DNA of 29,513 nt. Origin: a virus. Taxonomy: Duplodnaviria > Caudoviricetes. The stretch spans positions 1-29,513 of the IMG/VR virus record IMGVR_UViG_3300032103_000051; one strand, 5' to 3'. The notes beneath the pieces were generated by a model. The model did no database searches and was not told where the DNA came from. It worked only from the letters and a program-made list of their open reading frames with translations. Position 1 is the first letter of the stretch. The number at the start of each line of letters is the position of its first letter. The position numbers and the translations under genes were made by a program. This document shows, piece by piece, positions 1 through 4,864 of the stretch.

Positions 1-136
1 CGCCGTCGTCGATGCGCTGACCGACATTGATCAGCACCCGCCCGCGCACCCGCGTCGACCACGTGCGATTTTCGATGTCCTTCCCCTGGTGCAGGATGCA
101 CCAGGACCAAGGCTGCTTGATCGACAGTGCGAGCAT
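1..136 (-). CDS. ASCH-domain protein (5' part only, runs off the window edge)
   Basis: Not in the ORF track. Manual translation from the ATG at 136 gives MLALSIKQPWSWCILHQGKDIENRTWSTRVRGRVLINVGQ..., which carries the ASCH signature (ALSIxQPW, GxKxxExR, RGxVLI). A GGAGG RBS lies just upstream. Confidence 0.85.
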   Translation of the reverse strand, partial: MLALSIKQPWSWCILHQGKDIENRTWSTRVRGRVLINVGQRIDDG

Positions 137-289
137 TCATGCCTCCACGCGCCTTTTGAGGGCGCCGATGATTTCACTGATCCGACCGGACGGCAGGCCG
201 GCCAGGATGGTATGGAAGCGCCGGCCACCATGCCGGGCCAACAGATCCCGCCCTGCGTCTGATGCCGTGTCGGCCTTGTTCTTCGTCAT
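137..289 (-). CDS. Small hypothetical protein (50 aa, MTKNKADTASDAGRDLLARHGG...)
   Basis: Manual translation. GAGGG RBS upstream, and its TGA directly abuts the ASCH ATG, suggesting translational coupling. Confidence 0.55.
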   Translation of the reverse strand: MTKNKADTASDAGRDLLARHGGRRFHTILAGLPSGRISEIIGALKRRVEA

Positions 290-452
290 GGGTTCCAGCC
301 CTCAATAAGTTTTGGTGTGATGCCGAACACCGGGACAGGACAGCCGCCGTGTCGTGTGATTTGGCACGCTCACTCACTGAAAAGGCCCGGCAGTAGTGGT
401 TAGGCTAATCGCCTGATGCTAGCCCTTCCGTAGAGGGGCGAGAGTGAGGCAA

Positions 453-674
453 TCAGGCTTCGATGGTCTCGATGGTGAAGCGGGTGTCGCGGCCCGCGAT
501 GTCCTCATCGGCGGGGAAGCCACCATGGAACACGCCATCGGCCCAGTTGCCGGTCTGGCTGGCGGTGCCTGGCGCCCAGCCGGCCCACTTGTTCGCCTTG
601 GTGAAGCAAGCCACCGCATCGTCGGCGGTGAAGGTGTCGTTGTCGGCGAGCCAAGTCAGCTTGTAGGTGGTCAT
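453..674 (-). CDS. Small hypothetical early protein (73 aa, MTTYKLTWLADND...)
   Basis: Internal ATG of track ORF 453..761, preceded by a GGAG RBS and the conserved promoter cassette at 716-790. Confidence 0.7.
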   Translation of the reverse strand: MTTYKLTWLADNDTFTADDAVACFTKANKWAGWAPGTASQTGNWADGVFHGGFPADEDIAGRDTRFTIETIEA

Positions 675-715
675 TGTCTTGTCTCCGCTCTTGGGCGTTT
701 CGTCCGCCCCGTTTC

Positions 716-790
716 GATGATTGTTTATCTCATATCCTTGCATCGAGCGCAAGTCCCTCAAGCCAAAATAACAAACTTTTTCTCAAAATA
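716..790 (-). promoter_or_regulatory. Sigma70-type early promoter with overlapping TTGC-N7-GCAA box
   Basis: On the - strand: TTGCGC (752-747), 17 nt, GATAAA (729-724), with an AT-rich UP-like tract upstream. GATAAACAATCATC is shared exactly with 1665-1678. Palindromic box at 738-752. Confidence 0.7.
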
Positions 791-799
791 ATTCTGGCG

Positions 800-1245
800 A
801 GTTTCGTCAAGCCCGTCATGACGAAACTAAACGCAATGATATCAATAACTTAATGCCAAAAAACGGAGTTTCGTCATTATGGCATGGGGTGATTCTCTAT
901 ATTCGAGCCTTGGAATTTCGTCATGAATTTCGTCAAGGGCTTGTGACGAAACTAAACTCAATGATTTCAATGGTTTAGGTGGCAAAATGGGGGGTTTCGT
1001 CATTTTGGCATTATGGCGCGAAAAGGGGAGGGGTCTAGAAAAGGGGAGGCAGGGAGGGGAAGGGGGTGGTGTGCGGAATGACGAAATGGGGGGAGAATGT
1101 ATATATATAGAGAGAGAGATTCTCTTTTTTTATATATATATCAAGGCTTTAGCCCAACTTTGCACCGGCTGCAATTTCGTCATTTTGAGCTTGACGAAAT
1201 TCGACGAAACTCTTTGCGATTTTTCTGTTGCGTGCCGTGCAATCG
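800..1245. repeat. Origin-like locus: iteron array, IHF-consensus sites, G-rich tract and AT-rich imperfect palindrome
   Basis: TTTCGTCA at 802, 869, 916, 928, 995 and 1175. Its complement TGACGAAA at 819, 944, 1079 and 1192, plus a near copy at 1202. WATCAANNNNTTR matches at 840-852 and 1139-1151, near match at 965-977. TATATA/AGAGAG tract at 1100-1140. No convincing CDS. Confidence 0.75.
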
Positions 1246-1354
1246 TGTGCGGGTAATGGGGAGTTTGGGCATTTTAATACTCACAGTGAGCATTAATCTG
1301 ACCACATAAAACAATCCTGACTGAAATGGTCAGGATTAAATTGGAGAATGCAAA

Positions 1355-1570
1355 ATGACCAAAGGACATGGCACCAAGCGCCGGCATGAATGGCTGGACA
1401 CGCTGACAGAGCCGGGGCAGAGTATCGTGATCGAGTTCGGGTCCGACAGCATCGAGAGGGTGCGCAACAAGATCACGCATGCGATCAGCTATCGCAAGCG
1501 CAATGGATTGGCTGGACTGTACAGCATGCGGTGTGTTGCGGGAGGTTTCCGCGTATGGAGGATTGAGTGA
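1355..1570 (+). CDS. Small basic hypothetical protein (71 aa), possibly DNA-binding
   Basis: GGAGA RBS. Ends in GFRVWRIE, a C-terminal motif typical of small phage proteins. Confidence 0.7.
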   Translation: MTKGHGTKRRHEWLDTLTEPGQSIVIEFGSDSIERVRNKITHAISYRKRNGLAGLYSMRCVAGGFRVWRIE

Positions 1571-1611
1571 TGACCAGCCACACAATGTGCGCATCGCCTG
1601 TATGCCAGCCC

Positions 1612-1695
1612 AAAAAAATCAGAAAAATATCAAAATACCCATTGCATCACATGCAACAATGTGCGATAAACAATCATCAACAAGGGAGAAAGCAG
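1612..1695 (+). promoter_or_regulatory. Early promoter cassette (UP tract, -35, -10, RBS) with TTGCATCACATGCAA box
   Basis: AAAAAAATCAGAAAAATATCAAA (identical at 2342-2364), then TTGCAT (1642), 17 nt, GATAAA (1665), then leader CATCAACAAGGGAGA. Confidence 0.75.
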
Positions 1696-1959
1696 ATGAA
1701 CACCACCCGCAACCGTTTCATCGTCATGACCTCAAGCGCGAAAATGCCGGCGAAGGTCCGCGCCGAGTACCGCAACGTTGCACTCGTCGAAGTCGCAGCG
1801 GATTTCGAAGGCACGCCGGCCATGATTTCCGCGAATGCGCGGGGTGTGGTTCGGATCGTGCGCCACTATGGCGCCCTCAACGTCGGCAAGACCAGCAAGA
1901 GCGCTTACGCCCGGGCGTTCGCCGAGGCGACGGCAGAGGCAGGCCGGCTGAATGCCTGA
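1696..1959 (+). CDS. Hypothetical early protein (87 aa, MNTTRNRFIV...)
   Basis: Internal ATG of track ORF 1567..1959 with a GGGAG RBS. High-GC3 codon usage. Followed by a UUCG hairpin. Confidence 0.75.
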   Translation: MNTTRNRFIVMTSSAKMPAKVRAEYRNVALVEVAADFEGTPAMISANARGVVRIVRHYGALNVGKTSKSAYARAFAEATAEAGRLNA

Positions 1960-1967
1960 ACCAATCA

Positions 1968-1987
1968 GGCGGGGCTTCGGCCCCGCC
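1968..1987 (+). terminator. GC-rich UUCG-tetraloop hairpin (terminator-like or mRNA-stabilising)
   Basis: GGCGGGGC-TTCG-GCCCCGCC is a perfect 8-bp stem just after the stop codon, but there is no U-tract. Confidence 0.45.
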
Positions 1988-2006
1988 AACCAACGAAAGA
2001 AGGGCA

Positions 2007-2035
2007 TTGACGCGCGTTGCTGTGGGTGCTATAGA
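2007..2035 (+). promoter_or_regulatory. Sigma70-type promoter
   Basis: TTGACG (2007-2012), 17 nt, TATAGA (2030-2035). Confidence 0.65.
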
Positions 2036-2040
2036 GTGTG

Positions 2041-2107
2041 AGCGACAGTGGTAGCGCCCTGATACCTGACCGGGGGAGCTGGTGACAGGCGGGGAGAGAC
2101 CCGCACA
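2041..2107 (+). ncRNA. Candidate small structured RNA
   Basis: Three abutting hairpins start at the predicted TSS: GCG/CGC with loop ACAGUGGUAG, CCUG-A-UACC/GGUG-A-CAGG, and CGGG-GAGAGA-CCCG. No RBS or ORF. Confidence 0.45.
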
Positions 2108-2341
2108 AATCCGCCCGAATGGGCAACGAGAATGCCCCGCTGAGACCGTCACTGGACACACCATAGGTGTGCCTCATCCGCTCGCAGCATGCCAAGCCTG
2201 ATCGACCACGCCTGCGCCGTCATCCGCGCGATGGAGGCCACGCGCGGCGCCGCCGGCACTGGTGCGGGGAGGATCGCTGATGCGCCAGCCATGTATCGAG
2301 GGCGGGCGATTGGCGATTGCCCGTACTTTCTGGCACGCCCG

Positions 2342-2426
2342 AAAAAAATCAGAAAAATATCAAATAAGGGCTTGCGCGATCCGCAATGATGGGCTATAAC
2401 AGTTTCATCAACGAAGGAGAACGCAG
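2342..2426 (+). promoter_or_regulatory. Early promoter cassette with TTGCGCGATCCGCAA box
   Basis: Same 23-nt UP tract as 1612, then TTGCGC (2372), 17 nt, TATAAC (2395), then leader CATCAACGAAGGAGAACGCAG-ATG. Confidence 0.8.
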
Positions 2427-2912
2427 ATGTGGTACATCGAAGACGAGACCGACAAGCTGCATATCTTTTCCCAGTTCGGCGGGCTGGAAGGCACGCAGCC
2501 GAACTTCAAAGATGCGCTTGTCGCGGCAAAGAACGTCGCCGCCAAGATTGGGCACGGCGGTGTCGCGTACATCCGGAGCAGATATGATCTCTACGTCGTC
2601 AACGCCCACGGCCACTTCTGGCCGGCGCAGTCCATCCCCGACTGCGGTCGGATCGCCGCCGACGTCCCCGCCTTCGAGCGGATGGTGGACGACGGGAGAG
2701 GTTTCGTCCTCGCCGCCCGCCCGGACCGTGGTGGGTACTCGACGGGTCGCGCCTGGCGCGACGAGGACACCGGCGATTTCATGGTCCGTTGGGAAGAGGG
2801 AGACATCGGGGCCTTCAACCCCGAGATCCTGCCCGTCGCTCTATTCAGCCGGCGGGGGGACGCCCATGAGGCGTGGGTGGCGGCGGCGGTCCATCAGCGT
2901 CGCCCGTTTTGA
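2427..2912 (+). CDS. Hypothetical early protein (161 aa)
   Basis: AAGGAG RBS, own promoter cassette, typical codon usage. Confidence 0.75.
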   Translation: MWYIEDETDKLHIFSQFGGLEGTQPNFKDALVAAKNVAAKIGHGGVAYIRSRYDLYVVNAHGHFWPAQSIPDCGRIAADVPAFERMVDDGRGFVLAARPDRGGYSTGRAWRDEDTGDFMVRWEEGDIGAFNPEILPVALFSRRGDAHEAWVAAAVHQRRPF

Positions 2913-3010
2913 GCGGAGACCGTCACTGGATACGTCCACACGCGCAGCATGAGTACATGCTGATTATCACACAGCAAGGCGCCTAAAGCTGTGTGATGAT
3001 GGGTACGGAA

Positions 3011-3161
3011 TCACATGGGCAGCACGGAAGGACGTGCACAAGCGGTCGATACAGGCACCCGCCTCAAGTGCCAGCATCGCAAACCATCGAAAGGTGGATT
3101 GAGCATTCGGGCACGAGCCGCGCCCAGCAACAGCCGGTATCAAGCCCGGCCCCATGTGACA
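3011..3161 (+). ncRNA. Candidate tRNA-like ncRNA with a pseudoknotted insert replacing the anticodon arm
   Basis: Acceptor-like stem TCACATGGG/CCCATGTGA, D-like arm GCAC-GGAAGGAC-GTGC, T-like arm GCCGG-TATCAAGC-CCGGC, plus internal hairpins and a loop-distal pairing (see findings). Confidence 0.6.
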
Positions 3162-3180
3162 AGTTCAAAAGGAAAAAACA

Positions 3181-3480
3181 ATGCGCAAAAAAGAGGAAGC
3201 ACTCGCATTTATGATTTGGCGTCATGCCAATTCTGTGGACTGGGATTGCACGATTGGCGAGCTGGCGAAAGCGGTCGGAAAAAGCTATGCGCGAACGCTG
3301 GCAGTATTGCGTGCGCGCGGATGGCACAAGAAAGTGCGGTCTGGTTTTGACGAGGCACAAGCCGCAAGATCTATGGCGGTGCTCAATCATGCGCGGCGAA
3401 GCAATGTTGACCTGAACATGCTCGATCTTGTCGAGCTTGTTCGGACACCTGATCTTCGGCACGCGATGTACGAGGAATAA
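3181..3480 (+). CDS. Putative HTH DNA-binding protein (99 aa)
   Basis: AAGGA RBS. TIGELAKAVGKSYARTLAVL resembles a helix-turn-helix. The stop codon directly abuts tRNA-Leu. Confidence 0.65.
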   Translation: MRKKEEALAFMIWRHANSVDWDCTIGELAKAVGKSYARTLAVLRARGWHKKVRSGFDEAQAARSMAVLNHARRSNVDLNMLDLVELVRTPDLRHAMYEE

Positions 3481-3559
3481 GCCGAGGTGGCGGAACGGCA
3501 GACGCAAGGGACTTAAAATCCCACAAAAGCTGAGGGTTCGAATCCCTCTCTCGGCACCA
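3481..3559 (+). tRNA. tRNA-Leu (anticodon TAA)
   Basis: GCCGAGG/TCTCGGC acceptor stem, GGGA-CTTAAAA-TCCC anticodon arm, GAGGG-TTCGAAT-CCCTC T arm, encoded CCA. The variable region is short and unpaired. Confidence 0.88.
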
Positions 3560-3566
3560 ATCATAA

Positions 3567-3643
3567 CTGGACGTGGCGCAGCTTGGTAGCGCATGAGTTT
3601 TGGGTACTCGGGGTCGTGGGTTCAAATCCCACCGTCCAGACCA
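3567..3643 (+). tRNA. tRNA-Pro (anticodon TGG)
   Basis: CTGGACG/CGTCCAG acceptor stem, GCGC D stem, loop TTTGGGT, GTGGG-TTCAAAT-CCCAC T arm, CCA. Confidence 0.93.
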
Positions 3644-3649
3644 CACATA

Positions 3650-3724
3650 GCCGGAATAGCTCAGTGGTAGAGCATCGGTTTTGTAAACCAAAGGTCGTCG
3701 GTTCGAATCCGACTTCCGGCACCA
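3650..3724 (+). tRNA. tRNA-Thr (anticodon TGT)
   Basis: GCCGGAA/TTCCGGC acceptor stem, GCTC D stem, loop TTTGTAA, GTCGG-TTCGAAT-CCGAC T arm, CCA. Confidence 0.93.
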
Positions 3725-3729
3725 CATAT

Positions 3730-3806
3730 CCGCACGTAGCTCAACCGGATAGAGCATGAGGCTTCTACCCTCTTGGTTGCAGGTTCGAATCCTGTCGTGC
3801 GGTCCA
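3730..3806 (+). tRNA. tRNA-Arg (anticodon TCT)
   Basis: CCGCACG/CGTGCGG acceptor stem, GCTC D stem, loop CTTCTAC, GCAGG-TTCGAAT-CCTGT T arm, CCA. Confidence 0.93.
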
Positions 3807-3810
3807 TTTG

Positions 3811-3829
3811 GGTAGTGTCTCAGTTTGAA
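3811..3829 (-). mobile_element. Isolated IS1-family-like terminal inverted repeat
   Basis: GGTAGTGTCTCAGTTTGAA (reverse complement TTCAAACTGAGACACTACC) matches, from memory, the end of alphaproteobacterial IS1-family elements that carry passenger genes. No transposase or partner end found. Confidence 0.55.
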
Positions 3830-3910
3830 ATCTGCGCCTCTTGACCACCGCCACACTATGGCCGAATCCCGTGCTATGCTAAGCGCAAAGCATCAAGGGA
3901 GTTCGTGAGT

Positions 3911-4293
3911 ATGCCTAAAGGCCCCAAGGGCGAGAAACGCCCCGCCGACGTGATCGGCAACGCCGAGAAATTGCCAGCGCTGCGGCAAAGGTGCGATGGG
4001 CAGAAGCATCCAATTTGCCTAAGGCCACGCATACAGGAGTACTCAGGATTGGGGATGCGGAGATCCCCTGTGCTGTTTTGTCCGACGGAACCCGCCTCTT
4101 AACGCAGGCTGGTTTTCTTGGTGCGCTAGGACGGTCGACTAAGCCCAAGGGGAGGTCGCAGCAGGTAACCGACGGTTTGCCTCCATTCTTGGCCACCAAG
4201 AGCCTCAAGCCACTGATTACAAAAGAAATATTCGATACGACGGTCCCCGTCTCATTCATTACGCCGACGGGAGGTAAGACGTTCGGGACTTAA
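3911..4293 (+). pseudogene. Internally deleted, frameshifted and truncated P63C-family-like passenger gene
   Basis: MPKGPKGEKRPADVIGNA in one frame jumps at AACGCCG (~3959-3965) to RREIASAAAKVRWAE...LPKATHTGVLRIGDAEIPCAVLSDGTRLLTQAGFLGALGR...LPPFLA in another frame. The latter resembles the N-terminus of Mx8 p63/P63C-domain proteins. It is cut off by the tRNA fragment at 4285. Confidence 0.65.
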
Positions 4294-4336
4294 AATCCCA
4301 CAAAAGTTGCAGGTTCAAATCCTGCCGTGCGGTCCA
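4285..4336 (+). pseudogene. Chimeric tRNA fragment (Leu anticodon arm plus Arg T arm, acceptor strand and CCA)
   Basis: 4285-4306 is identical to 3508-3529 (22 nt). 4306-4336 matches 3776-3806 at 29 of 31 positions. Confidence 0.85.
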
Positions 4337-4342
4337 CTACAT

Positions 4343-4418
4343 CCCCCTGTAGCTCAATGGTTAGAGCCGACCGCTCATAACGGTCTGGTTGAAGGTTCAA
4401 ATCCTTCCGGGGGGACCA
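4343..4418 (+). tRNA. tRNA with CAT anticodon, most likely tRNA-Ile2 (lysidine, reads AUA)
   Basis: CCCCCTG/CGGGGGG acceptor stem, GACCG-CTCATAA-CGGTC anticodon arm, T arm and CCA. The body resembles alphaproteobacterial Ile2. No initiator GGG/CCC stem or C1 mismatch. Confidence 0.85.
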
Positions 4419-4474
4419 TTTGCAAATTCTTGCTCAAATGATATATTGCAATAATCAATCAAGGATCAAAAGCA

Positions 4475-4855
4475 ATGGCGCGCGGAAGACCGTCAGTCTA
4501 CAAAGATGAATACTGCGAACGCGTCATCGAATGGATGTCGCGAGGCTATAGCGTGACAGCTTGTGCCGGGCTGATTGGTATTTCGCGTGAGACTTTCTAC
4601 GCTTGGCAGCGCGATCACGCTGAGTTCGCCGAATGTGTTGGCATCGGGCAAGCAAAGCGTGTGTTGTTTCAAGAAAACCGCATGTTGCACCCGAAGGATA
4701 AGCTGGACCTGACTGCGGCTATATTTGCCGCAAAATGCACTGGCGATCCGTCTTGGCGTGAGAAGCAGGAAATCGAACTGTCAGGCTCAGGCGGTGGACC
4801 GGTCAAGATCGAGTGGGTTGTTGTGGACCCGCTCGCAAAGCCTGGCGAAGTCTAA
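4475..4855 (+). CDS. terS: Terminase small subunit
   Basis: N-terminal GRPSVY motif, HTH (ACAGLIGISRETFYAW), AAIF..K..WREKQEIELSG..GGP tail. Lies immediately upstream of TerL. Confidence 0.85.
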   Translation: MARGRPSVYKDEYCERVIEWMSRGYSVTACAGLIGISRETFYAWQRDHAEFAECVGIGQAKRVLFQENRMLHPKDKLDLTAAIFAAKCTGDPSWREKQEIELSGSGGGPVKIEWVVVDPLAKPGEV

Positions 4856-4864
4856 GTCCGTCTA

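Noticed and set aside
405-455. Long imperfect hairpin with UACG loop downstream of ORF 453..674 (- strand)
   Set aside because: Plausible processing or antitermination hairpin, but with several mismatches, no U-tract and no second copy to support a function.
800-1210. Repeat cluster as a CRISPR array
   Set aside because: The repeats are only 8 bp, occur in both orientations with irregular spacing, and there are no cas genes.
987-1309. Track ORFs 987..1256 and 1097..1309
   Set aside because: They translate low-complexity G-rich and TA/GA tracts, have no RBS and overlap the iteron locus.
2189-2389. 66-aa ORF MPSLIDHACA...
   Set aside because: No RBS, and it runs through the A-tract and -35 of the next promoter. 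It could be a gene remnant but cannot be supported.
3054-3110. Pseudoknot as a pistol or HDV/theta ribozyme
   Set aside because: The helix order does not fit: the second helix is a local hairpin, there is no P3 or GU site as in pistol, and the loop is too short for HDV P2/P3. The sequences following the real tRNAs show no theta ribozyme either.
3064-3856. Minus-strand ORFs 3064..3594 and 3383..3856
   Set aside because: Antisense shadows of tRNA genes with the typical artefactual translations (RDSNP, DLNPRP).
4343-4418. Calling the CAT tRNA initiator or elongator Met
   Set aside because: It lacks initiator hallmarks and the body resembles Ile2. Met is not fully excluded without a covariance model.
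4419-4474. Late promoter upstream of terS
   Set aside because: AT-rich with TTGC half-sites, but no -35/-10 pair at proper spacing and no full box.
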